Under the pieces are notes generated by a model. It saw nothing but the letters and a program-made list of their open reading frames with translations, had not been told where the DNA came from and did no database searches. A program made the position numbers and the translations under genes. DNA of 63,676 bases, the filler included, from Octopus bimaculoides (taxonomy: Eukaryota), in NCBI RefSeq assembly GCF_001194135.2. It is 5 parts of 5 records of this genome, joined end to end, with 100 filler letters (N's around TTAATTAATTAA, not from the genome) between each part and the next. Parts side by side here need not be neighbours in the genome. Positions count along the whole stretch, not along the records: positions 26,916 to 52,877 come from NC_068996.1; positions 52,978 to 58,839 come from NC_069007.1; positions 58,940 to 61,144 come from NW_026300921.1; positions 61,245 to 63,676 come from NW_026431129.1; 1 more part is not named here. One strand, given 5' to 3'. The first letter of the stretch is position 1. Each line of letters begins with the position of its first letter. Below, in pieces: positions 49,335-61,830 of the stretch.

Positions 49335-49735
49335 ATTCTAATTATCATTATCATTATAATTATTGAGTGAGAGAGCAGCACATGCCATCAAAATGACATT
49401 GGGGTACAAATATACCAAGCCCAATATACCCATCATGGCGACATGGTGATCTCATATCAAGATAAACAGTGCATGACCTTGCAGGTGGGGTCCAGTGAGA
49501 ATTTTCTTCAGATCGAATAGCCCATCCCGCTCAAAAGGATCCTGAATGAGGGTTGTTTAAGGATGTTGAACGAAACACCCATCTTTCCAGAAGTGAAGTA
49601 TTTAATCCCTAAAAAACTCCTCAACGCATGGCCTTGATGCTTGCCCACTACTCCTGCTCATGATTAGAGATGTGCATATTGTCAGCTTCTAGGGGACATG
49701 CTCAACTGTCTAAGGTTAAGCAACTGACTAGCAAA
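49335..49735 (-). mobile_element. Probable 3' end of a non-LTR element with (AAT)n tail, unclassified
   Basis: Reverse complement ends gatggcatgtgctgctctctcactcaataataat...; no coding motif recognised; single copy in the window. Confidence 0.35.
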
Positions 49736-49763
49736 GTACTACGGTTGGTTTGTTCGACTAAAC

Positions 49764-50069
49764 CAGGGGTACTCAACCATTTTTTATCTATGAACCCCTT
49801 TTGATTATTATTTTATTCTGGTAACCCCTATAGCTATTTCATGTTTAAAAACTACTTTTATAGAAACTTCTATAGAAATTCCTATTTTGTTTTTTACACA
49901 AACTTATCTTGGTTGAACTATGTAAAGGAACTTAGCTGTTTCTTGCAATACATACCAATACATACGTCTAAAGCAAACATTTTTCAGGGGTCCTTAAAAT
50001 ATTATGGTGGATACCCAATTTACTATTTCGTTATGCGGACCCCACAAAAGTCTTATATGGACCCCAGTT
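49764..50069 (-). mobile_element. hAT/Charlie-type MITE, copy 4, inserted in a SINE A tail, 8-bp TSD
   Basis: Left TIR caggggtactcaacc; GACTAAAC at 49756-49763 and 50070-50077; the SINE tail continues on both sides; right TIR largely deleted. Confidence 0.85.
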
Positions 50070-51052
50070 GACTAAACTCTTCAAGGCGAAGCCCCACCAT
50101 GGTCGCAGTCTAAAGACTGAAACAAAAGAGTGTGTGTGTGTACGTGCGTGCGAGCGCGCTTGCATGTTCTGAAATTAAATTTAATAAATTAAGACTAAGA
50201 CGTTTTGCCCTAAAGCAGAAACTCAGTCGCGATTTGAGATGGTGACAAAAGCTCAAGGAATTAGGAATTAATGAGGAGATCGATTGACCTGGTCACCTCC
50301 TAGAAATAACAACCAAATCTCCATCAGCTCACACCTTATCATCTTAAAATGTATGTGTGTGTGTAAAATATCTATAATTTGCTGGATTAGGAAAACTCGT
50401 GGTTAAACAATCATATCAGGGGCTATGTTCTTGAAATCGTTTGTAAATCTAGAGAAGCTGTAGGGATTTTTTTCTTTACCCCGCAACAAATTTTCTTTAT
50501 TTTCATCAATACTGTTACGTTGTCGAATTTGGGTCTTTAGTTTCGTCTGTAATAACTTTCTGGTAATCTTGTTTATTTATACTATACGTATCTTAATGAA
50601 TATTTAGGTCTCAGAAAATTTGTTTTTGTTCTGCAGTAATATACAAATTTATTGTAAATGAAAGTTGTCTGTTATCTTAACCACTGTCTTGTGTATGCAA
50701 CACAAAAGTGATTTTTTTTTTGTTTTATTTTCCTTCTAATGTTTATTTAAAATGAACCGCCAACCTAGCAATGGATTAGCGTTTGTAGAGGAGGATTTCT
50801 AACATTTTTGATTTAATCTGAAACGTTTATGTACGTACATGCATGCATGCACATTCTACTTGTGGTCATTCCTTTTTTTCTGATAACATAGATATTATAT
50901 ATTCTGATAACATAGATATTATATATAACATAGTACTCAATGTGTCTTTCATGTTTAGACTGTAGGGTGTGGTTTTCTGAGGTATTTGACTGCTATTTCT
51001 AGCAGATGTCTGCATAATTTTTTTTTTAAGTCGGAGCATCATTACCATATAT

Positions 51053-51084
<32 letters not shown>

Positions 51085-51922
51085 TCGTTCAAAAATTACG
51101 AAGAAAATAACATATTGTGCATATTTATATTATTAAATGTAACATATATATACACGGGCGCACACACAAATGTTTGAAGTGTGTAGTAACTTTCTCCCCT
51201 GGGGAGGGGACCAAATTTTATTAAGTGACTCAGTTTCGATGGGATCACTTAATGTTGGATAGACAGTGTCCCAACATGCCTATATCATTTTGCTTGGATC
51301 TGTAAAAGAGTATAGTGAACTATTTGTTTAGCTTTCCTTTGCAAACCCATTCACTACTAGCTTCATCGGACCAGCTTTTTCCTTATTTTGTATACGAGGC
51401 TAGATAAATTAGTATATCAAAGCGCATTATTTCTTACATGTCGTTCGAGTTTGAGCAGAACTATGACTAAAGATATTCTAGTTTATAGCTGGATTAGGAC
51501 AAACTCGTCTAGAATTACCTATCTAATTTGTCTTTTCAATGATTTGAGGGAAATTTAGCTGCAATTTGCAGTGGGTCGGAAGTGCTACATAAAGTTCCCC
51601 ATTGACCAGGGGAATGTTATGTGAATGTAAGCATTCACTCTAATTATAATTATAAAATGCTAAAAATGGAACCGCTAAGCAATTGAATCACCCTCAAATC
51701 GCATCCAACTAAATGTCTTTAAAACGAAAGAGGCGTTGTTGTAGATATATATAAACGCGATGGTCACTGATCGAATATCTTTGATCATAAGTTCAATTGC
51801 TCAAGCGTGATAACAATAAATTTTATTTTCGATTCCTAAATGCCCAACATATTAAATGCGGAACTGCCATCTTGGCTCCAGATGTGAAACAGCAGTCTAA
51901 AGAAGACATTAAGAGTGAATTT

Positions 51923-51953
<31 letters not shown>

Positions 51954-52242
51954 GCACATTGGCAAATCAAATATATATATATATTTAAAAAAGGGGGAAA
52001 AACAACAAAAGTCAAAAGACGTACACAGCAGATGTATTAGATTGGCGCCAGAGAAGGTTTAAGATGGGGAAATAGAGAGGGTGTGACGTCTCGAGCATGA
52101 CTCGCCAGAAAAAGGAAAGAGGAAAAAGAGGAGGTAAAAAATAGTCCGAGAAAAGTACATGTATCGTTACATGGCTGAAGTGTCCAGAAATGGAGAGATA
52201 AAAAAAAAGTGTATTTCGAAGGCAGGAAGAGTGCAAAAATGG

Positions 52243-52282
<40 letters not shown>

Positions 52283-52610
52283 AGATATTATCTGTGTGCA
52301 TCTGGGTTTGTGCTTATGTGAGTGATGTGTGCGTAAAGGAATGAAGTGAACAGGTTAGTAGTAGTAGGAGTAGAAGTAAGACTAGAGGTGGAAGGACATA
52401 TGGTCAAGAGGCGAGGTGACGTGTGTGTGTGTCTGTGTGTCGGTGTGGGTGAAGAGTTTTTGTTTTTTTGTACATGCTAGGATATAGAAACGTGTGTGTG
52501 CGGTAGATATTTATATAGTGTGTGTCGGTGTATATATATATAGATGGGTGGATGCCTGTGTGTGTTCATATATATATATATATATACATTATCGATATTA
52601 TATACTGTGT

Positions 52611-52850
52611 GAAGGTGCGTCTTAGTGGTTAGGGCATTCGGCTCACGATCCTAAAGTCGCGAGTTCAATACCCCTTGACGCGTTGTGTTCTTAAGCCATA
52701 CACTTTATTTCACGTTGCTCTAGTCCATTCATCTGGCAGTAAGAGTGTCACGCTGAATCTCCCTGAGAACTACGTTAAGGGTACTCGTTAATTTCACGAG
52801 CAAGCTGTTCCGATGGGACCCTCGTCGTCGTAACCGACGGAGTACTCCTT
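52611..52850 (+). mobile_element. tRNA-derived SINE, family C
   Basis: gcgtcttagtggttagggcattcggctcacgatcctaaagtcgcgagttcaatacc...gcgttgtgttcttaagccatacactttatttcacgttgctc. Confidence 0.75.
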
Positions 52851-52877
52851 TTTTATATTCTTGTTATCAAGGTGGCG

Positions 52878-52977
52878 NNNNNNNNNNNNNNNNNNNNNNN
52901 NNNNNNNNNNNNNNNNNNNNNTTAATTAATTAANNNNNNNNNNNNNNNNNNNNNNNNNNNNNNNNNNNNNNNNNNNN
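52878..52977. other. Artificial assembly linker: 44N + TTAATTAATTAA + 44N
   Basis: Identical 100-bp construct. Confidence 0.95.
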
Positions 52978-53140
52978 GTTGTTTAGACCTAGGTCAGCCT
53001 TCAAAGACCATTCCAACTATGCTGACCATCCCGCCTGCAGTGATGTCAGAGAACCGATATTTCCTTTTTCTAAAACGGTAGTGATAGGGGAAGATTGAGA
53101 AAGATTTAGCTGCTATTTCTAGTACAGAGAGTCCCGAGGT
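52978..53140 (-). mobile_element. SINE-like family D
   Basis: Reverse complement contains ctagaaatagcagctaaatct (also at about 50300 +, 50990 -, 51560 -, 56240 +) and ends gctgacctaggtctaaacaac. Confidence 0.6.
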
Positions 53141-53258
53141 AGGCTTTGATGTTGATTTATTGTTTAAACTGACAGGTTTATTGTAGACAGGGTTAGCGAG
53201 CGGGGAAGTGTCACTGGGTGTATATGTCTGACGATAAAGGGAGTACTATGTGTTCCTC

Positions 53259-53292
<34 letters not shown>

Positions 53293-53382
53293 AATAACGT
53301 GCGTGTTTTTACAGGGTGTGTGTATGTTTAGACGGAGTATTGTGTGTGTTTACAAGAGGATAGTATATATATATATATATGT

Positions 53383-53765
53383 AGGCGTAGGAATGGCTGT
53401 GTGGTAAGTAGCTTGCTTACAAACCACATGGTCCCGAGTTCAGTCTCACTGCGTGGCACCTTGGGCAAGTGTCTTCTACTATATCCTCGGGCCGACCAAA
53501 GCCTTGTGAGTGGATTTGGTAGACGAAAACTGAAAAGAAGCCCGTCGTGTATATGTATATATATGTATTTGTGTGTGTATATGTTTGTGTGTCTGTGTTT
53601 GTCCCCCCACCATCGCTTGACAACCGATGCTGGTGTGTTTACGTCCCCGGCAAAAAGAGACCGATAGAATAAGTACTAGGCTTACAAAGAATAAGTCCTG
53701 GGGTTGATTTGCTCGACTAAAGGCGGTGCTCTAGCATGGCCACAGTCACATGACAAACAAATAAA
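53383..53765 (+). mobile_element. SINE family A, full length, low divergence
   Basis: aggcgtaggaatggctgtgtggtaagtagcttgc...ctcgactaaaggcggtgctctagcatggcc. Confidence 0.9.
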
Positions 53766-53779
53766 TGAGTATATATATG

Positions 53780-53814
<35 letters not shown>

Positions 53815-54511
53815 ATTTACAAGATGCCAGTGTGTATATATAAGGTAGGACAAAATTCGATATCAACCTTACTGATCACAATGAACTCTTGTGTATGGAA
53901 GATGTGTATATAAACACATACACATATAGCCATCACCATCTACAAGTGATTGTTATATACATGTGTTTACATGCGTGTATATGCCCGTCTTAATTTCTAG
54001 TTGTGTATATGTGTCACGGTTGAACTGATATGAATTTGTGTTGCATGTGTCACTGTTGACGTGTGTATTGTGTGTCACTATTGAAGTACGTGTATACGGT
54101 CTGTATAATATTCTTTGTGTGTCTGTACTCTCCACAATATTGTATGTAATCTTTATGGGTCGGTGAGTTAACCCTGCGACGGACTAAGTTTTAAAGGGCT
54201 TATAAGATCGAGGCACACTTTGTCTTTTTATTTATGTTGGAAGTAATGTAGATAGTGTAGCTAGGACTACACTATCTAATGTGTCCTTCTTTTGGCGATG
54301 GTATGATGTGATCTGTTAAAGACATTTAGCATTTTCTAGCAAGTCGTGCATCGGCTTGTATTGGTGTATGTATATGATCCCGCGTGTATGTGAATATAGT
54401 GTTATTACTATTAGTGTATGTATATTTGTGTATTGTGTTATTATTGAGGTATGTGTATGTAGTGTTTGTGTATACCGGGCGTTCTTGATGCATATAATAT
54501 TGTGTGAATAT

Positions 54512-54704
54512 AGGCGCAGGAGTGGGTGTGTGGTAAGTAGCTTTCTTACCAACCACATGGTTCCGGGTTCAGTCCCACTGCGTGGCGCCTTGGGCAAGTG
54601 TCTTCTACTATATCCTCGGGCCGACCAAAGCCTTGTGAGTGGATTTGGTAGACGGAAACTGAAAGAAGCCCGTCGTGTATATATATATATGCATGTGTGT
54701 TTGT
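54512..54704 (+). mobile_element. SINE family A, 5' half (cut by gap)
   Basis: Near-identical to the head of the 53383 copy. Confidence 0.9.
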
Positions 54705-55865
54705 NNNNNNNNNNNNNNNNNNNNNNNNNNNNNNNNNNNNNNNNNNNNNNNNNNNNNNNNNNNNNNNNNNNNNNNNNNNNNNNNNNNNNNNNNNNNNNNN
54801 NNNNNNNNNNNNNNNNNNNNNNNNNNNNNNNNNNNNNNNNNNNNNNNNNNNNNNNNNNNNNNNNNNNNNNNNNNNNNNNNNNNNNNNNNNNNNNNNNNNN
54901 NNNNNNNNNNNNNNNNNNNNNNNNNNNNNNNNNNNNNNNNNNNNNNNNNNNNNNNNNNNNNNNNNNNNNNNNNNNNNNNNNNNNNNNNNNNNNNNNNNNN
55001 NNNNNNNNNNNNNNNNNNNNNNNNNNNNNNNNNNNNNNNNNNNNNNNNNNNNNNNNNNNNNNNNNNNNNNNNNNNNNNNNNNNNNNNNNNNNNNNNNNNN
55101 NNNNNNNNNNNNNNNNNNNNNNNNNNNNNNNNNNNNNNNNNNNNNNNNNNNNNNNNNNNNNNNNNNNNNNNNNNNNNNNNNNNNNNNNNNNNNNNNNNNN
55201 NNNNNNNNNNNNNNNNNNNNNNNNNNNNNNNNNNNNNNNNNNNNNNNNNNNNNNNNNNNNNNNNNNNNNNNNNNNNNNNNNNNNNNNNNNNNNNNNNNNN
55301 NNNNNNNNNNNNNNNNNNNNNNNNNNNNNNNNNNNNNNNNNNNNNNNNNNNNNNNNNNNNNNNNNNNNNNNNNNNNNNNNNNNNNNNNNNNNNNNNNNNN
55401 NNNNNNNNNNNNNNNNNNNNNNNNNNNNNNNNNNNNNNNNNNNNNNNNNNNNNNNNNNNNNNNNNNNNNNNNNNNNNNNNNNNNNNNNNNNNNNNNNNNN
55501 NNNNNNNNNNNNNNNNNNNNNNNNNNNNNNNNNNNNNNNNNNNNNNNNNNNNNNNNNNNNNNNNNNNNNNNNNNNNNNNNNNNNNNNNNNNNNNNNNNNN
55601 NNNNNNNNNNNNNNNNNNNNNNNNNNNNNNNNNNNNNNNNNNNNNNNNNNNNNNNNNNCACACACACACACACACACACACGCACACATATATACGACTT
55701 TATGCTCATTAGAGTTAGTCAATATGGAAGGGAACATTTCGGTTAACATACCCACTCTACTGACAGATATATGAGTGCATCTGTTCCCTAGCTTACGGTC
55801 TCTTAGACAACTTACATGCACATGATTATATACAATTGTACATTTATGTATGTGTGTGCATGTAA

Positions 55866-55913
<48 letters not shown>

Positions 55914-55935
55914 GTATATATGTATGTATATATAC

Positions 55936-55966
<31 letters not shown>

Positions 55967-56439
55967 ATGGAGAAACAAGATGTTGGTATTCCAGCTATTT
56001 AGTGTGGGGATAGGTTATTAGTTGAAAGAAATGTATTAAATGCTGGCAATAAGATACACAAGCCAGGTCATTGTGATAAACATCACTAAAATGTTAATAT
56101 TACCTTTTAAGCAATGTCCTGATAATCCCACCACACCCTGTAATCTAGACAGCTAGAGATGATGATCAACTTCATACTGTGTTGGTCTGAATTGGTGAGG
56201 CAGCTAGCTCTACAGGGGAACATGATCTCATAGAAATAGCAGCCCAGACTTCCTCAACACCTTATTATGTCTTGTGTATATTTGTATATTAGGTATGTAT
56301 GAGCTACTGATAGTGACTTCAATATTGTTATATGAGGTAGATGTGGCTGCTATATCTAGCAAACTGAAAGACTATATAGTGGCTCCCTCATTAATTTAAT
56401 GTTATTGGTAATAGTTGTTGATCTTATCCTGTTCTTCTT

Positions 56440-56803
56440 AATGAAGAATGCAGCCTTGTCTATAAATATGCCCCATACAAAGTATTTGTTTGCTGCCAGC
56501 TGGTGGTCCCTTTTCTGTACCCTTAGTGCACATCAAATAAACCATATCAAGGGCAATCATTTCCCTTATGACAATAGGGTCCTTTCTTCTAACCTTATTT
56601 ACTAAAACTTTAATCTTTGCCAAGTTTGCTCTGAGAGTTTTCCAGTCTTGTTTTCTTCCCTGAAGGCTTCCAGGGACCCTGCAGTAAGGATGAGGCCCCT
56701 GCAATAAGGATCAACTTATTGAAGTTCACATTAGACTCTTCTGTCATGTCTTGGAGAATAGGAGTGGGGAAGGGGCTGAGAATGAGCCTTGAGGAACACC
56801 TAC
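56440..56803 (-). pseudogene. Decayed non-LTR (RTE/CR1-type) reverse-transcriptase fragment
   Basis: VGVPQGS...ILQDMTEE...LRANLAKIKVLV...GSKQILC, collinear with LINE RT GV.QGS.LSP..F / L.VN..KTKV; several frameshifts. Confidence 0.55.
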
Positions 56804-57612
56804 CAGTATGTAGGTGCAAGCATGTATATGTTTTGTGTGTGTATTTATGCATCTATATAGACATACAGGCAAACAAACTCACAGATATAATGTAAACCCC
56901 CACCACCTAATATAATTTTGCCATGTGTCATATCCCTGGTGTATATATCCCTGTTAATTTATATTCAAGTCCTTTCATAAGCCTTATTTTTTAATGAAAT
57001 TCACTGCTTATTTGCTTTAATTATCCTCTGAAAGTAATTAAGAATTTTGAGGCATTCAATAAAGCTATTAATTTTCCCATCACTAATCCAGTGTTTGAAA
57101 CATGACGAAGCAGTTCTTCTAGAATTAAGATGGTTTTTAATTTAACGATGAATACATTAAATTAAACACTTTTGCATCTTGGAATCAACCATTGGTGATC
57201 GCATGTGTTTGGCATTAGAGTAGTGACTCACTTGAGAAAGTTCCAGAAGATTTCCTCCAAAGAATTATTTTCTACTTAGGTGCCATGGGATTTCTGGGCC
57301 AAATCACCTTGCTTGACATCTTTGAGTTGACCATTGCTTTCAGAGTGGAATTTGGTAGATGGAAAACTGTTTATCCATCACATACACACACACACACACA
57401 CATACATTTGTATATGTACATATGTGTGTATATTTATGTGTGCGCATGTATCTATCTCTCTCTCTATATATATGTGTGTATGAGTGTGTGCATGTATATA
57501 TGGATATATTTGTGTATGTATATATATATCTGTATATACATACACCTCCATACGCATGTTACTTTATATCAAATGAGACGAGTTCTCAATATCTATTGGA
57601 ATGAGTCGGACA

Positions 57613-57955
57613 AAAGGACAAGATTTTAGCACATATCAAATCTGAAGCCCCAAGGATGAAGAACACTGTCACCAATAAGAAAAGAGGCAAAATCTTTGAA
57701 GAAATGGAAAGTCTTCTTTCTCTTTGAATAGATAGGCTGAATCGTCAATGTGCTACTGTTAGTCAAGAAACCATTCAAGAGAAAGCATTGTCTTTGTTTG
57801 AGGACCTGAAGAACATCCAGATGGGAAAGATGTAGAGTTCAAGGCAAGTCAAGGATGGTTCATGAGATTTAAGGAGCGAAGAAGTTATCACTCCATTAAG
57901 AAGTAAGGCGAAAGTGCATCAGCTGATGAACAAACAGCAGCGGAATTTCCTAATG
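57613..57955 (+). pseudogene. Tigger/pogo-type transposase relic (CENP-B-like HTH region)
   Basis: KDKILAHIKSEAP...EEMESLLSL*ID...SQETIQEKALSLFEDLK(frameshift)DVEFKASQGWFMRFKER..HSIKK*GESASADEQTAAEFP; runs into a gap. Confidence 0.85.
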
Positions 57956-58468
57956 NNNNNNNNNNNNNNNNNNNNNNNNNNNNNNNNNNNNNNNNNNNNN
58001 NNNNNNNNNNNNNNNNNNNNNNNNNNNNNNNNNNNNNNNNNNNNNNNNNNNNNNNNNNNNNNNNNNNNNNNNNNNNNNNNNNNNNNNNNNNNNNNNNNNN
58101 NNNNNNNNNNNNNNNNNNNNNNNNNNNNNNNNNNNNNNNNNNNNNNNNNNNNNNNNNNNNNNNNNNNNNNNNNNNNNNNNNNNNNNNNNNNNNNNNNNNN
58201 NNNNNNNNNNNNNNNNNNNNNNNNNNNNNNNNNNNNNNNNNNNNNNNNNNNNNNNNNNNNNNNNNNNNNNNNNNNNNNNNNNNNNNNNNNNNNNNNNNNN
58301 NNNNNNNNNNNNNNNNNNNNNNNNNNNNNNNNNNNNNNNNNNNNNNNNNNNNNNNNNNNNNNNNNNNNNNNNNNNNNNNNNNNNNNNNNNNNNNNNNNNN
58401 NNNAAGAATACGGAGACAAGGAGAAAAACACGGAGAAAAAAAATTGAATAGTGTCCAGTCAACGGTCA

Positions 58469-58507
<39 letters not shown>

Positions 58508-58618
58508 TTATATGATTCACAATCAAAAGTGACGTAATCCAGTGGTAGAGAGAAATCCATGGATCATGCAGTTACTGCCACGCATGCACACACACACACA
58601 TACACACACACACACACA

Positions 58619-58715
58619 TATTTGTGTATTAAGGCTACCATTGGTTAAGAAAAATATCTTAATTTTAGGATATTTTTCTTAACATGAAACCAATGGTAGC
58701 CTTAATACACAAATA
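58619..58715. repeat. Near-perfect 97-bp palindrome (foldback MITE-like)
   Basis: 40-bp arms with no mismatches apart from one 7-nt bulge; begins and ends with TA. Confidence 0.85.
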
Positions 58716-58770
58716 AAGAATTTTATCCACCAATGCAGTGTTGAGCACTCATTCTCATTGTTCAACATTT

Positions 58771-58839
<69 letters not shown>

Positions 58840-58939
58840 NNNNNNNNNNNNNNNNNNNNNNNNNNNNNNNNNNNNNNNNNNNNTTAATTAATTAANNNNN
58901 NNNNNNNNNNNNNNNNNNNNNNNNNNNNNNNNNNNNNNN
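58840..58939. other. Artificial assembly linker: 44N + TTAATTAATTAA + 44N
   Basis: Identical 100-bp construct. Confidence 0.95.
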
Positions 58940-58971
58940 TAATCACCGAACCTGGAACTTAACTATAGTCT

Positions 58972-59036
58972 GTCCATAGCACTTACTCACCATTACCGGA
59001 CACCTTTGGGTCTTATTGACACCATTACCTCTTATA
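58972..59036 (-). repeat. Second copy of the 14030-14100 repeat
   Basis: About 70% identity in three conserved blocks; the downstream part is cut by the linker. Confidence 0.65.
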
Positions 59037-59194
59037 ACCTCTATATATATAGGTCTATATAAATATGTGTGTATATATTTATATATATATGTAAATATAT
59101 GTCTACATATATACATGTATATATGTGTATATATATGTGTATATATATGTATATATATATGTGTGTGTGTGTGTATGTATATATGTATGTATGT

Positions 59195-59229
<35 letters not shown>

Positions 59230-60184
59230 NNNNNNNNNNNNNNNNNNNNNNNNNNNNNNNNNNNNNNNNNNNNNNNNNNNNNNNNNNNNNNNNNNNNNNN
59301 NNNNNNNNNNNNNNNNNNNNNNNNNNNNNNNNNNNNNNNNNNNNNNNNNNNNNNNNNNNNNNNNNNNNNNNNNNNNNNNNNNNNNNNNNNNNNNNNNNNN
59401 NNNNNNNNNNNNNNNNNNNNNNNNNNNNNNNNNNNNNNNNNNNNNNNNNNNNNNNNNNNNNNNNNNNNNNNNNNNNNNNNNNNNNNNNNNNNNNNNNNNN
59501 NNNNNNNNNNNNNNNNNNNNNNNNNNNNNNNNNNNNNNNNNNNNNNNNNNNNNNNNNNNNNNNNNNNNNNNNNNNNNNNNNNNNNNNNNNNNNNNNNNNN
59601 NNNNNNNNNNNNNNNNNNNNNNNNNNNNNNNNNNNNNNNNNNNNNNNNNNNNNNNNNNNNNNNNNNNNNNNNNNNNNNNNNNNNNNNNNNNNNNNNNNNN
59701 NNNNNNNNNNNNNNNNNNNNNNNNNNNNNNNNNNNNNNNNNNNNNNNNNNNNNNNNNNNNNNNNNNNNNNNNNNNNNNNNNNNNNNNNNNNNNNNNNNNN
59801 NNNNNNNNNNNNNNNNNNNNNNNNNNNNNNNNNNNNNNNNNNNNNNNNNNNNNNNNNNNNNNNNNNNNNNNNNNNNNNNNNNNNNNNNNNNNNNNNNNNN
59901 NNNNNNNNNNNNNNNNNNNNNNNNNNNNNNNNNNNNNNNNNNNNNNNNNNNNNNNNNNNNNNNNNNNNNNNNNNNNNNNNNNNNNNNNNNNNNNNNNNNN
60001 NNNNNNNNNNNNNNNNNNNNNNNNNNNNNNNNNNNNNNNNNNNNNNNNNNNNNNNNNNNNNNNNNNNNNNNNNNNNNNNNNNNNNNNNNNNNNNNNNNNN
60101 NNNNNNNNNNNNNNNNNNNNNNNNNNNNNNNNNNNNNNNNNNNNNNNNNNNNNNNNNACACATACACACAATATATATACATAT

Positions 60185-60275
60185 ATATACGACGGGACCC
60201 TTTCATTTCCCGTCTACCAATTCTATTCAAATACTGAACTCGGAACCTTGTGGTTGGGAAGCAAGATTCTTACCA
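60185..60275 (-). mobile_element. SINE family A fragment (internally deleted)
   Basis: cgacgggaccctttcatttcccgtctaccaa...ctgaactcggaaccttgtggttgggaagcaag..ttaccac. Confidence 0.75.
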
Positions 60276-61144
60276 CACACACACACACACACACACACAA
60301 ACAAACATGCAATACACGCACATACGAAGGCACAAACATACAAACATGTGACTGTATATTTTTCGTTTATTGCGTCAGTAGTTTTGTAAAACGGCTGGTG
60401 GCAGCACGGTGTAAAGAGATGCAATGCACCTCATAAACATATATATGTGCAATGAGCACGCGTATGTATATGGAGGATCTTTTATTCGTGATAATGTGTA
60501 CATGTATATGAACTTCTCTTTCAACGCCAGATGATATATATGCAGCGTTTGTGGTTGTGTGTGTACGTGTATGTATGTATGTATGTATGTGTGTGTATGT
60601 CTGTGTGAACGTGCATGTTTGCGTTTGTGTGTGCATGTGCGTGTATGTTTGTATGTATACGTGGGTATGTGTTTGCTTCTATTTATGTATAATAATGTCT
60701 TAGTAAGGAACAATTTAACAAAGACTAAAGAATGTACAAAATACTTGAAATAAAAAAGGAAAAATAGAAAGTATTTTATTGTTAAGAGAGTTAAATCTGT
60801 TTAGATTAATGTATTTCATTGAATCGCAAATCACGGTGTCAACCGTCACTGACAAAAATCTTTGCACAAGTTAATCATGTAATACAATATAATTTGTCTG
60901 ATGCTATATAACATGTGTGTGCATGTATGTATGTATGTATGTATGTATGTATGTATGTATGTATGTATGTGTGTATGTATATGTGTGTGTGTATGTGTAT
61001 GTATGTGTGGGGGTAGAGAGATAGAGAGATGTACATAGAGTTCTTGGCTTTGGGTAAGAGAAAATACAGGAGCATCAGTTATGGTTTTCATTCAACATAT
61101 TCCTCTCTCTGATTCACACACTTATTGCAGCGGTCCTTCAGTTT

Positions 61145-61244
61145 NNNNNNNNNNNNNNNNNNNNNNNNNNNNNNNNNNNNNNNNNNNNTTAATTAATTAA
61201 NNNNNNNNNNNNNNNNNNNNNNNNNNNNNNNNNNNNNNNNNNNN
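61145..61244. other. Artificial assembly linker: 44N + TTAATTAATTAA + 44N
   Basis: Identical 100-bp construct. Confidence 0.95.
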
Positions 61245-61631
61245 ATGTATGTATGTATGTATTTATGTGTGTATGTATGTATGTATGTATGTGTCCATGT
61301 GCGTGTGTGTGTTTCGTTGTGCGTGCGTGTGTGAGTTTGTGCGCGTGTAGATGCACGAAGTAAGATTATGGAGTACGCTTGTGCATATTGCATTATAAGC
61401 AATAGGTATGTAAGGAGTATATGTGCTTGAATGTGAAGAGTATACGCACACACATGCGTCCGCGCTCACATACACACACACACACACACACACATGTATG
61501 TAAGTCTGTGTACGTGTGTCCGGCAATTGTTTGTGGAAAGAGTTGATGTCAACACAAATAAGAATATGAACGTGTAGGCATACACGCGAATTTTTAAGAT
61601 TAATCATCACAAAATAACAAGGTCCTTAATA

Positions 61632-61830
61632 TATCTCTTACTTGCTTCATTCACTGGGTCGCAGCCATGCTGGAGCACAGCTTTCAAGGGTTATATGGTC
61701 TAACAAATCGATTTGAGTACCTTTTTTTTAAAGTCTGGTACTTATTCTATTGTGGTCTCTTATACCGAACCAATGTGTTACAGGGACGTAAACAAATCAA
61801 CCAAGTGGTAGTGGAAGACAAATGCAAGCA
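61632..61830 (-). mobile_element. SINE family A, 3' half
   Basis: cttttacttg...gcagccatgctggagcacagc...acaaatcga...gtacttattctat...ggacgtaaac. Confidence 0.8.

Noticed and set aside
50780-50830. tagagga-ggatt/aatct-gaaacgtt, hammerhead-like
   Set aside because: C3 and U4 are absent and stem I does not pair.
50878-50935. Short tandem duplications (also 17810-17880, 46060-46120, 48112-48165)
   Set aside because: Two or three adjacent units with no unique spacers; minisatellite slippage, not CRISPR-like.
51221-51252. ttaagt/acttaa stem around gaaactgagtc (minus strand)
   Set aside because: The CUGANGA core is not present.
52020-52240. ATTGG, TTGGCGC and TGACGTC motifs suggesting a promoter
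   Set aside because: Short motifs only; no associated gene or TSS evidence.
1496-60436. Long ORFs in the supplied track (300-500 aa) and the CV/YI/HT/SL-rich ORFs
   Set aside because: They are N-gap read-through or translated dinucleotide microsatellites.
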